Source: Pirellulales bacterium
Lineage (GTDB): Bacteria > Planctomycetota > Planctomycetia > Pirellulales > UBA1268
NCBI GenBank assembly: GCA_044368305.1
Contig: JBIPLS010000002.1
Coordinates: 1-42,790 of the forward strand
DNA length: 42,790 nt
Direction of reading: 5' to 3'
Below are positions 17,690 to 25,605 of this stretch, in pieces; within the stretch, counting starts at the first letter, position 1, and each line of letters begins with the position of its first letter. The translations under genes and the position numbers were made by a program. Below the pieces are notes generated by a model. It was not told the DNA's origin. It searched no databases and saw nothing but the letters and a program-made list of their open reading frames with translations.

Positions 17690-17730
17690 GTCAGCGGCCG
17701 GCCCTCGTCGCAGGAGCACGCGAGTCCATC

Positions 17731-18174
17731 ATGCGGATTGCCATCGGCAGCGATCATCGGGGCCTGGGTCCGCGGAAGCGGCTCGCCGGCCTGCTCGAAC
17801 GGTTGGGTCACGAGGTGACCGACTGCGGCTCCCACGGCGACCAGGCCGTGGACTATCCGGACATCGCCGCCGACGTGGCCCGCAGAGTCAGCGCCGGCTC
17901 CGTGGATCGCGGCATCCTTCTCTGCTGCACCGGCGTGGGCATGGCGATCGCCGCCAACAAGCTGCCCGGCGTCCGCGCCGCCACCTGCCACGACGAGGTG
18001 ACCGCCGAGATGAGCCGGCGGCACAACGATCTCAACGTGCTCTGCCTGTCGGCCGAGATGATCGGCGCGGATGTCCAGGACAAGATCGTCCGCACCTGGC
18101 TGGCGACGCCGTTCGAGGGTGGCCGGCACGCCCGCCGGGTCGCGAAGATCACGGCCCTCGAGTCGCCGGGTTGA
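17731..18174 (+). CDS. rpiB: Ribose-5-phosphate isomerase B
   Basis: MRIAIGSDHRG, VDYPDIA, GILLCCTGVGMAIAANK, RAATCHD and NDLNVLCL are the RpiB/LacAB family signature. AGGAG lies upstream. This is the C-terminal part of track ORF 16180..18174. Confidence 0.9.
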   Translation: MRIAIGSDHRGLGPRKRLAGLLERLGHEVTDCGSHGDQAVDYPDIAADVARRVSAGSVDRGILLCCTGVGMAIAANKLPGVRAATCHDEVTAEMSRRHNDLNVLCLSAEMIGADVQDKIVRTWLATPFEGGRHARRVAKITALESPG

Positions 18175-18194
18175 CCCCGGCAAAACGCGGGGTT
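18175..18194 (+). terminator. GC hairpin directly after the rpiB stop (weak intrinsic-terminator candidate)
   Basis: CCCCG-GCAAAACG-CGGGG followed by TT. The 5-bp stem is 18175-18179 / 18188-18192. Confidence 0.3.
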
Positions 18195-18254
18195 CCGGCG
18201 GGCCGCGGAAAGTCGTCGCGTCGTAGCGGTCGTGCCGGCGCGACCGGCCGCGGT

Positions 18255-18281
18255 GCCGGCAAAACGGCCGGTTCTTTCGTT
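18255..18281 (+). terminator. Candidate intrinsic terminator downstream of rpiB
   Basis: Stem CCGGC (18256-18260) / GCCGG (18267-18271), loop AAAACG, then the T-rich tract TTCTTTCGTT (18272-18281). Confidence 0.35.
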
Positions 18282-18307
18282 GAACGGCCGCACGGCGTTG
18301 GTATCGT
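18280..18307 (+). promoter_or_regulatory. Candidate promoter for the 18385 gene
   Basis: TTGAAC (18280-18285), 16-nt spacer, TATCGT (18302-18307). Based on hexamer match only. Confidence 0.3.
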
Positions 18308-18333
18308 CGGTGGTGAAGAGTCGGGGAGTCGGC

Positions 18334-18353
18334 GGGCCGGCACGGGCCGGCAC
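18334..18353. repeat. Perfect tandem decamer GGGCCGGCAC x2
   Basis: Seen directly. It lies 32 nt upstream of ATG 18385. Confidence 0.8.
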
Positions 18354-18384
18354 GTCGCGCCCCAGCCGCCTGGAACCTGCCGGC

Positions 18385-18957
18385 ATGCCCCTCGCCCGCC
18401 ATCCCGATCCGGAAGAAGTCGAGTGCCTGATTCGCAACGGCGAGTTGCGGACCGCCATCGAGCCCTACCTCGACGAGTCGATCTGGGAGATCGACTTCCA
18501 CGGCCTGCCCACCCCCGTCGAGAACCGTTTCCTGGAGTCGATGCTGGCCTGGGAACTCGCCCCACTGATGCCGATCGCCCGCTGGTTCGATCCGCCGCTG
18601 GCGCTGCAGCCGGCCTGCACGCTCGACGACGAGCAGGTGCGGGAGCGGCTGTGGATGGTGATCGAGCGGCTGTTCTCGAAGCGGGTCGTGCTCGACTTCA
18701 CCGACCACCTTTCCGACCGCGAGTTGTACGCCCTGATTCGCCGGGACATCCTCCCGGCGACCGTGAAGCACGTCGACCTGCCCGACAACTATTTCCATTG
18801 GGACTGCAGCGCCGTGGCCGGGGACGACCGCACCGCCTGGCTGACGTACTACGCCAGCGACGAGGAGCGGGAGGCCTGGCGGCTCGAGGAGGGCCGTGAC
18901 CCGCCGCCGCGGGCCGTCCCTCCCTATCCCCGCGCGCTGCCGACGGCTCCCGTCTGA
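18385..18957 (+). CDS. Hypothetical acidic cytoplasmic protein (no family recognised)
   Basis: Track ORF 18232..18957, ATG 18385 preferred. Third-position GC is very high throughout, and the sequence is non-repetitive (…WEIDFHGLPTPVENRFLESMLAWELAPLMPIARWF…). Confidence 0.6.
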   Translation: MPLARHPDPEEVECLIRNGELRTAIEPYLDESIWEIDFHGLPTPVENRFLESMLAWELAPLMPIARWFDPPLALQPACTLDDEQVRERLWMVIERLFSKRVVLDFTDHLSDRELYALIRRDILPATVKHVDLPDNYFHWDCSAVAGDDRTAWLTYYASDEEREAWRLEEGRDPPPRAVPPYPRALPTAPV

Positions 18958-19069
18958 GGCCGCCGCGGCCGGAGTCGACCCGGGGCCCGTTCGCGCGGCC
19001 CTGGAAACCGGCCTTGCCGCCGCCGGCCGGCGGTGCGATGGTTCACCGCTCTCGCCAGGGTCGGCGCGT

Positions 19070-19990
19070 ATGATCCGTTTGCAGCACTGGTTCCGCTGTC
19101 CTCGGTGCCACGCCTGGCCACGCCTGGCCGCGGCGGTCGCCATGTGGGCCGGGGTGGCGACTGCCTCTGCGGCGGAGCCCTTCGATGCCGCCCGGGAATC
19201 GTCACGGCCTTGGACACGGTTCCTCGCGGAGGCCTTTCCCGAGGGCCTCGATCCCGAGCGGTCGCGGCAGCCGCTGACGATCCGGGATCCAGGGCCCGAC
19301 ACGGCCAACTATCCCAACGGCCCCAACACCCTGCCCCGCGGCGGCGTCTATCTGGAGATGTCGCCGGCCTTCTACACGGCCTCGATCACGGGCGTCCAGC
19401 CGCAGACTTTCAGTTCCGAGTTCCTGCTGCGCATGGGGCTGACCGACCGGTTCGAGTTCCGCATCTACTCCAGCGGCGTCACCTGGCAGGCGGCCGGGCT
19501 GGGCCAGGGCGCGACGACCGGCTTCTCGCCGCTGGTGTTCGACACCAAGACGCACCTCTGGGAGGAGAACGAGGAGTGGTTCATTCCTGCCGCCGGCTTC
19601 GAGGCCTTCGTGCAGACTCCCTGGGGGTCGCCCGCGTTCGACGCGGGGACGGTTCCCGGCCTGATGATGCTGTTTCGCAACACGCTGATGTGGGGCCTGG
19701 TGGCGGAATACAACGTCGGCATCTCCGACGACTCGACCCAGGACGGATACCAGCCGGTGGACATCGTCCAGTGGGCGATCTCGAAGGAGATCACGGAAGA
19801 CTTCCAGGTCTTCGTGCATGGCTTCCAGAATCAGTCTGCCCTGCCCCGGCTCGTGGCCCAGACGGTGGTGGGGGCCGGTTGGGTCTGGTTCCCGAGCGAT
19901 CGGCTGTCGATCTTCGGCAACTGGGGCTTCGGCACCGACCGGACCGGGCCCGCGACGACCTTCCAGGTCGGCCTGGCCGGCGGGTTTTGA
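19070..19990 (+). CDS. Outer-membrane beta-barrel protein, MetA-pathway/phenol-degradation-like transporter family (tentative)
   Basis: Track ORF 18896..19990. ATG 19070 gives the signal peptide (…AAVAMWAGVATASA/AEP). DPGPDTANYPNGPNTLPRGGVYLEMS resembles the N-terminal DRP..T..v..G..q.E motif of that family. Alternating amphipathic strands and a C-terminal ...VGLAGGF (terminal Phe). Confidence 0.55.
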   Translation: MIRLQHWFRCPRCHAWPRLAAAVAMWAGVATASAAEPFDAARESSRPWTRFLAEAFPEGLDPERSRQPLTIRDPGPDTANYPNGPNTLPRGGVYLEMSPAFYTASITGVQPQTFSSEFLLRMGLTDRFEFRIYSSGVTWQAAGLGQGATTGFSPLVFDTKTHLWEENEEWFIPAAGFEAFVQTPWGSPAFDAGTVPGLMMLFRNTLMWGLVAEYNVGISDDSTQDGYQPVDIVQWAISKEITEDFQVFVHGFQNQSALPRLVAQTVVGAGWVWFPSDRLSIFGNWGFGTDRTGPATTFQVGLAGGF

Positions 19991-20139
19991 TCCCGGGCCG
20001 GCCGGGGAACCCTTGTCCGGGCCGGGGAATCTTTCCCCTGGGCGGCCGCCCGGCTTCCTGCCGGCCGGCGGCACGCATATCTTTTTTGCGCGTCGTCACG
20101 GTGAACCGAGTTCCGTCGCCAAGGTCTCCGGGGTGCATC

Positions 20140-21246
20140 ATGAAGAACACGTTTCTGCTGCCGGCCTGCTTCGTCGCCTGCCTGGGCGTGCTCCGCCCGG
20201 CGGTCGCCGCCGACCCGGCCGCGATCCGCGACTCGATCGCCAAGGGCGCGGCGTTCCTGGCCAAGAGCCAGAGCCCCGACGGCAGTTTCTCCAAGGAGGT
20301 CGGCCCGGCGGTGACGGCGTTGGCGGTGAATGCCCTGGTGCGGTCCGGCACGCCCGTCGACGCGCCGGTGGTGCAGAAGGGACTGGCATACCTGCTGACG
20401 TTCAAGCGGCCCGACGGCGGCATCTACGCGCCCGAATCTCCCGTCAGCAATTACGAGTCTGCGATCGCGATGGTGGCCTTGGCGGCCTGCAACGCGGACG
20501 GCCGTTTCGACAAGGAGATCAAGGGCTGCGAGGCGTACGTGAAAGGACTGCAGTGGGACGACGGCGAGGGCAAGGGCAAGGCCGATCCCGCCTTCGGCGG
20601 CGCCGGCTACGGCAAGAAGGGACGGCCCGACCTTTCCAACACCCAGTTCATGATCGAGGCCCTGCGGACGATCGGCGCCAGCGAGAACGACCCGGCCATC
20701 CAGAAGGCGCTCGTCTTCGTGTCCCGGACGCAGAACCTCGTCGGCCCGGAGAACACCACGCCCTTCGCCGGCAACAACGCCGAGGCCGACGACCAGGGCG
20801 GCTTCTACTACACGCCGGCGGCGGGCGGTGAGAGCCAGGCCGGCGGCTCGCCCGAAGGCGGCCTGCGGAGCTACGGCTCGATGACCTACGCGGGGCTCAA
20901 GAGCATGATCTTCGCCGGGCTCTCGAAGGACGACTACCGCGTCCAGGCGGCGCTCAAGTGGCTCGGCCGGCACTACACGTTCAAGGAGAATCCCGGCATG
21001 GGCCAGGCGGGGATCTACTACTACTTCCACACCGCCGCCAAGTCGCTCGACGTGCTCGGTGCCGAGACCTTCACCGACGGCGCTGGGAAGGAGCACTCGT
21101 GGCGTGCCGAACTCTCCGACGAGGTCGTTTCCCGGCAGAAGCCCGACGGTTCGTGGGTCAACGCCACCGACCGGTGGATGGAGGACAACCCGAACCTCGT
21201 CACCAGCTACGCCCTGCTGGCCCTGGCCTACTGCCTGCCGAAGTGA
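20140..21246 (+). CDS. Secreted prenyltransferase/squalene-oxidase-repeat (alpha/alpha-toroid) protein
   Basis: This is the C-terminal part of track ORF 19033..21246. Signal peptide MKNTFLLPACFVACLGVLRPAVAA. Repeated (A/G)..(F/Y)L...Q..DGS(F/W) units (AAFLAKSQSPDGSF, LAYLLTFKRPDGG, VVSRQKPDGSW) are typical of terpene-cyclase-like repeats. Confidence 0.7.
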   Translation: MKNTFLLPACFVACLGVLRPAVAADPAAIRDSIAKGAAFLAKSQSPDGSFSKEVGPAVTALAVNALVRSGTPVDAPVVQKGLAYLLTFKRPDGGIYAPESPVSNYESAIAMVALAACNADGRFDKEIKGCEAYVKGLQWDDGEGKGKADPAFGGAGYGKKGRPDLSNTQFMIEALRTIGASENDPAIQKALVFVSRTQNLVGPENTTPFAGNNAEADDQGGFYYTPAAGGESQAGGSPEGGLRSYGSMTYAGLKSMIFAGLSKDDYRVQAALKWLGRHYTFKENPGMGQAGIYYYFHTAAKSLDVLGAETFTDGAGKEHSWRAELSDEVVSRQKPDGSWVNATDRWMEDNPNLVTSYALLALAYCLPK

Positions 21247-21300
21247 GCCGCGGTCGTCGGCTCCGCCGCCGGCGGGAGTCACGACGGTCGCCGACCCCGC

Positions 21301-22116
21301 TCAGCGTGGACGGGCGGGCTGCCCGCTCGGGGGAAGAGGCAGGTCCGCGAACCGGCCCTCGAAGATCGCGATGTCGACCTGGAACGGCCGGCTGGACACC
21401 GTGAGCTCGCCGGAGAACGGGTAGCCGAACAGCGACACGAGATACAGGTTGAGCCCCATCACGAGCGCGGCCAGCGCCGTGAGGAACCGCTGCAGGCTCA
21501 CGCTTTCCGCGCGGAACAGACCGGCGAACAGCAGCGTCACGCCCCCGCCGACGATGAGCACGAACCACTCCACGGCCGGGATGCCGAACTCGGCGGTGCC
21601 GACCCGCTCGCGGCGGAAGTCCCAGAGTTGGCGGATCTGTTCGAGCAGCATCGGGAACACCGCCTTCTGGCTCTCCGTCACCGGCTCGAAGGCATCCAGG
21701 CTCCGGGCCAGCTCGAAGGCGGTCTTGCGGGCCTCCGGGCTCGGCCGGCCCCGGGCCATGGCCGGCCACTCCTGCTCCACGACCTGGCGGGCGTAGACGC
21801 GGCACGAGTCCTGGATGCGGCTCCGCTCCACGGCGGGCAGCCGCTCGGCGAGCAGGAAGATGTCGGCCAGCGCGTTCGATTCATGCTGCACGACGTCCAC
21901 CGCCCGCTCGAAGCGGACCAGGGCATCGACCACGATGAGGCCGAGCAGCACCGCGTACAGCGTGCCCACCACCGACAGCAGGTTGCCCGTGATGTCGTGC
22001 GCCTGGCGGAGGGTTTCCTTGGAGAACATGCGGCGGACCGCGGCGACGAGGCCGATGGCCGCGGCGATACCGGTGAGGATGATGGCCAGCCCCGTGGTGA
22101 ATCCATGAAACTCCAT
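21301..22116 (-). CDS. DUF4239-like membrane protein
   Basis: GGGAGG lies 6 nt upstream of ATG 22116. N-terminal TM, VGTLYAVLLGLIVVDALVRFERA core and two C-terminal TM helices match my recollection of DUF4239. It lies 34 nt downstream of hemA on the same strand. Confidence 0.65.
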   Translation of the reverse strand: MEFHGFTTGLAIILTGIAAAIGLVAAVRRMFSKETLRQAHDITGNLLSVVGTLYAVLLGLIVVDALVRFERAVDVVQHESNALADIFLLAERLPAVERSRIQDSCRVYARQVVEQEWPAMARGRPSPEARKTAFELARSLDAFEPVTESQKAVFPMLLEQIRQLWDFRRERVGTAEFGIPAVEWFVLIVGGGVTLLFAGLFRAESVSLQRFLTALAALVMGLNLYLVSLFGYPFSGELTVSSRPFQVDIAIFEGRFADLPLPPSGQPARPR

Positions 22117-22150
22117 GCTTCCGCCTCCCGGTGACTCGTCGGCCGCGGCC

Positions 22151-23419
22151 TCATTCCTTCAGGTCGAACAGCCGCTTCAGGGCTTCGAGCAGGCCGTGCG
22201 GCGGTCCGGAGCGGCTCTCGTCGCGGAGCGAGGCCAGCGGCGGGTGGAGAAGCTTGGCGGCATAGCGCTCGAAGGCCTGGCGGATCTCGGCCCGCTCGGC
22301 TTCGCCCAGCCCCGGCAGCCGGCGGAAGAGCCGCTCCAGTTCCGCGTCGCCCGTCTCGGTCCAGCCGGCCCGCAGCTGCTCGATCACCGGCGTCGTCGCC
22401 CGGTGATGCAGGTCGCCCATGAACCTCCGGGCCTCCTCGTCGACGATCGCCAGGGCCGCGGGCAGCTCCCGCTGGCGGCTCGTGCGGTTGGCCGCGCAGG
22501 CCGCGGCCAGGTCGTCCACGCAGTACAGCCACACGCCCGGCCGCTCGCCGATCCGCGGCTCGAAATCCCGGGGCACGGCCAGATCCAGCACCACCAACGG
22601 CCGCCCCGCGCGGCGGGCTTCCACCCGCGCGAAGAGTTCGCCGGTGACCACCGGCTCGGTCGCCCCCGTGGTGCTGACGACGAGGTCCGCCGCCGCCAGT
22701 TCCTCCTCGAGCGCGGCGAAGTCGCCGGGCCGGGCCGCCAGCCGGGCCGCCAGCTCGACGGCCCGGCTGGCCGTGCGATTCACGACCGTCACGTCGCGGC
22801 CGCCGGCCGCCCGCAGGTAGCGGAGCGTCTCGGCCGCCATCTTGCCGGCGCCGAGCAGTAGGATCCGCTTGTCGTCGAACCGCTCGAACACGCCGCTGGC
22901 GAAGTCGGCCACGGCGACGCTCGGGATCGAGACCCGCTCCCGGCCCAGTGCCGTTTCCGTCGCCACCCGCTTGGCGGTTCGCAGGGCCGCCTGGAACATG
23001 CCACCGGTCAGCGGCCCGCTGGTGCGGCTCTCCTGCGCGAGCGCCCAGGCCTGCTTCACCTGGGCCAGGATCTGCGGTTCGCCGAGCACCATGCTGTCGA
23101 GGCCCGAGGCCACGGCGAACAGGTGGCGGACGACCGCCTCGTCGCGTTCGCCCGAGAGCACCGGGGCCAGCAGGTTCGGGTCGATGCCCCGGCACTCCGC
23201 CAGGAACGAAACCATCTGCTCGGCCGGCGGCGCCGCCGCGGCCCCCGCGGCGTAGAACTCGACGCGATTGCAGGTCGAGAGCAGGACGCCCTCGAGTCCG
23301 GGGAAGCGGTCGCGAAACCGCGCCAGCGCAGTGGCGGCCTGCTCGGCCGAGAAGGCGAGCCGCTCGCGCAGGGCGAGCGGCACGGTGCGGTGCGTGCCCC
23401 CCACGAAGGCCAGCGTCAT
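22151..23419 (-). CDS. hemA: Glutamyl-tRNA reductase
   Basis: This is the C-terminal 422 aa of track ORF 22151..24514. MTLAFVGGTHRTVPLALRERLAF, LLSTCNRVEFYA, LDSMVLGEPQILAQVK and ILLLGAGKMAE are canonical HemA blocks. ATG 23419 overlaps the upstream stop (ATGA). Confidence 0.9.
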   Translation of the reverse strand: MTLAFVGGTHRTVPLALRERLAFSAEQAATALARFRDRFPGLEGVLLSTCNRVEFYAAGAAAAPPAEQMVSFLAECRGIDPNLLAPVLSGERDEAVVRHLFAVASGLDSMVLGEPQILAQVKQAWALAQESRTSGPLTGGMFQAALRTAKRVATETALGRERVSIPSVAVADFASGVFERFDDKRILLLGAGKMAAETLRYLRAAGGRDVTVVNRTASRAVELAARLAARPGDFAALEEELAAADLVVSTTGATEPVVTGELFARVEARRAGRPLVVLDLAVPRDFEPRIGERPGVWLYCVDDLAAACAANRTSRQRELPAALAIVDEEARRFMGDLHHRATTPVIEQLRAGWTETGDAELERLFRRLPGLGEAERAEIRQAFERYAAKLLHPPLASLRDESRSGPPHGLLEALKRLFDLKE

Positions 23420-24297
23420 GGCGCGGCCTCGTGCCGCAGGGGATCGGTCGCCGGGGGCTGGCCGTGCTTCGTGGGCGCGATCAGGCCCCAGAGGATGGAG
23501 ATCGTCAGCACCCCCAGACTCGCCAGCGCCAGGCGGGCCCCGGTGCGCGGCCCGTCGGGCCGGCGCCGCGCGGCCGCGGCGAACGCGTCGGCGCCGATCA
23601 GCCAGACGACGAGCGCGGCCATCCGCAGCACGACGGGATCGGTCCAGGGCACCGTCTCCAGCAGGCCGCGTTGGCGGTTGACCGCGTTGAGCACCATGCC
23701 CGAAACGAAGCCCGCCGCCGCCGTCCAGGCCGCGATGGCCGGCGTGCGGGCCGTGACGTGGGCCAGCCGCTCCAGGCTCGGCATGCGGAAGCCGGCCAGT
23801 GGCGCCCGCTTGCGGGCCAGGCGGGCGGCCTGGATCAGCCACATCAGCCCCGCGATCGCGCCGATCGCCACGCTCACGCTGGCCGCGAGGTTGAAGCCGC
23901 CGTGGATCGCGCCCCAGATCCGCGTGGCGGGCGTCTGCGGGAACGGCACCGCACTCGACAGCCGCGCCGCGCCGACCAGCGCCAGGACGACCGGCAGCAT
24001 GAACAGCCCCACGGGCGTCCGCGGGTTGGTGATCGTGAGGTACAGGTAGCCCGCCGCCAGCAGCCAGGCCGCCAGCAGGTACCAGTCGAACGGGCTGGAC
24101 AGCGGCAGCGCGGCCTCGTTCACCGCCCGCCAGGCGAGGAACAGCGTGTGGGCGACGAGCCCGGCGGCGGCGAACGCCACCATCACGGCGCCCCGAACCC
24201 CGGAGCGAAACACGAGCCGCGAGGCCTCGCAGGCGAGCGCCACCGCGTAACTCGCCGCGAAGCACAGCACGGAGATGCCGGAGAGAAACGCCGCCAT
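23416..24297 (-). CDS. Cytochrome c assembly-family (CcsA/HemX-like) integral membrane protein
   Basis: Track ORF 23416..24540, ATG 24297 preferred. About 8 TM helices. Its position directly adjoining hemA parallels hemX of the Bacillus hemAXCDBL operon. The family call is tentative. Confidence 0.65.
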   Translation of the reverse strand: MAAFLSGISVLCFAASYAVALACEASRLVFRSGVRGAVMVAFAAAGLVAHTLFLAWRAVNEAALPLSSPFDWYLLAAWLLAAGYLYLTITNPRTPVGLFMLPVVLALVGAARLSSAVPFPQTPATRIWGAIHGGFNLAASVSVAIGAIAGLMWLIQAARLARKRAPLAGFRMPSLERLAHVTARTPAIAAWTAAAGFVSGMVLNAVNRQRGLLETVPWTDPVVLRMAALVVWLIGADAFAAAARRRPDGPRTGARLALASLGVLTISILWGLIAPTKHGQPPATDPLRHEAAP

Positions 24298-24477
24298 GGA
24301 TGAGTCCGCTCGCTGCGCGGCCGCCCCGGCCGGGGGATCGAAAGCCGGGCCAGGCTGCGTCGGTCGCCGATCGGGAAAACATCGACCAATCCACCGGCCG
24401 GCCGCTTGGCCGACGGGCGGGGACGCCGGTTCCCCGCGCTCCCAGTGTAGTTCCCCTGCGGGGCGTGCCGATGGTCC

Positions 24478-24526
24478 GCCGTCGCCGCGTATACTCCCGG
24501 GGCGGCGACGGCACAGCGTCGCCGCC
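24478..24526 (+). promoter_or_regulatory. Three-part inverted-repeat set (two mutually exclusive perfect hairpins) with TATACT in the first loop, upstream of hemE
   Basis: GCCGTCGCCGC (24478-24488) pairs with GCGGCGACGGC (24502-24512), 11 bp. Alternatively GGCGGCGACG (24501-24510) pairs with CGTCGCCGCC (24517-24526), 10 bp. TATACT lies at 24490-24495. Confidence 0.4.
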
Positions 24527-24549
24527 CCGCGGCCCGCCACGAGAAGCCC

Positions 24550-25605
24550 GTGCAGTCGATCCCCCCCGGCCAGTCAGAGGATGCCCGCAGCCGTGCGCTG
24601 ATGATGCGGGCCTGCCGCCGGGAGCCGGTGGAGCGGACGCCGGTGTGGCTCATGCGGCAGGCCGGCCGCTACCTCCCCGAGTACCGCGCCGTCCGGGAAA
24701 AGGTCGGGTTTCTCGAGCTGTGCAAGACGCCGCGGCTCGCCGCCGAGGTGATGATCGCCACCGTGGAGCGGCTCGGAGTGGACGCCGCGATCATCTTCAG
24801 CGACCTGCTGCCGATCCTCGAGCCCATGGGTTTCGCCCTCGAGTTCACGGCCGGCGAGGGGCCGGTGATCCACAACCCGATCCGCACGCCCGCGGACCTC
24901 GGCCGGGTCCGCGAACTCGACGACGTGGATCGGCTCGGCTACGTGATGGACGTCGTGCGGGCCACGCGGACCGGGCTCGACGACGCGATTCCCGTGATCG
25001 GCTTCGCGGGCGCGCCCTTCACGCTCGCCAGCTACTGCATCGAGGGCGGCACCAGCCGCGCCTGGCTGCACACGAAAACGCTCATGTATCGCCACGAGTC
25101 AGCCTGGCACGACCTCCTGGGGCGGCTGGCCCGGGCGGTGAGCCGCTACCTGGTGGCCCAACTCGACGCCGGCGCGCAGATCGTGCAGGTCTTCGACAGC
25201 TGGGTGGGCTGCCTCGGCCCCGATGACTACCGGCGGTACGTCCTGCCGCACAGCCGGGCGGCGCTGGCCGCAGCCGCGCGGCGCGCGCCCGTGATCCACT
25301 TCGCGACCGGCAACCCGGCGCTGCTGCCGCTGCTCCGCGAGGCGGGCGGGACGGTGATCGGCATCGACTGGCGGATCGACCTCGACGCCGCCTGGGCGGC
25401 GGTCGGCTACGACCGGGCCGTTCAAGGGAACCTCGATCCGGCGGTGCTGCTCGCCGACCGCGACACCGTCCGCCGCCGCGTCCGCGAGGTGCTCGATCGC
25501 GCCGCCGGCCGTCCGGGCCACATCTTCAACCTCGGCCACGGCATCCTGCCGCAGACGCCGGTGGAGAACGTCCTCGAACTGGTGGCGGCCGTCCGTGACC
25601 GATGA
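24550..25605 (+). CDS. hemE: Uroporphyrinogen decarboxylase
   Basis: RTPVWLMRQAGRYLPEYRAVR, IIFSDLL, GFAGAPFTLASY and FNLGHGI are canonical HemE blocks. GTG 24550 is the track start. The in-frame ATG 24601 is an alternative. Confidence 0.9.
   Translation: MQSIPPGQSEDARSRALMMRACRREPVERTPVWLMRQAGRYLPEYRAVREKVGFLELCKTPRLAAEVMIATVERLGVDAAIIFSDLLPILEPMGFALEFTAGEGPVIHNPIRTPADLGRVRELDDVDRLGYVMDVVRATRTGLDDAIPVIGFAGAPFTLASYCIEGGTSRAWLHTKTLMYRHESAWHDLLGRLARAVSRYLVAQLDAGAQIVQVFDSWVGCLGPDDYRRYVLPHSRAALAAAARRAPVIHFATGNPALLPLLREAGGTVIGIDWRIDLDAAWAAVGYDRAVQGNLDPAVLLADRDTVRRRVREVLDRAAGRPGHIFNLGHGILPQTPVENVLELVAAVRDR

Noticed and set aside
17608-19308. 566-aa minus-strand ORF across rpiB, the hypothetical gene and the barrel-gene start
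   Set aside because: It is antisense to three plus-strand genes with good coding signal. No motif, low-complexity translation.
23420-24514. Upstream extension of hemA (787-aa track ORF 22151..24514)
   Set aside because: HemA homology starts at MTLAFVGG (ATG 23419). The extension overlaps the polytopic hemX-like gene in another frame and is Arg/Gly/Pro-rich.
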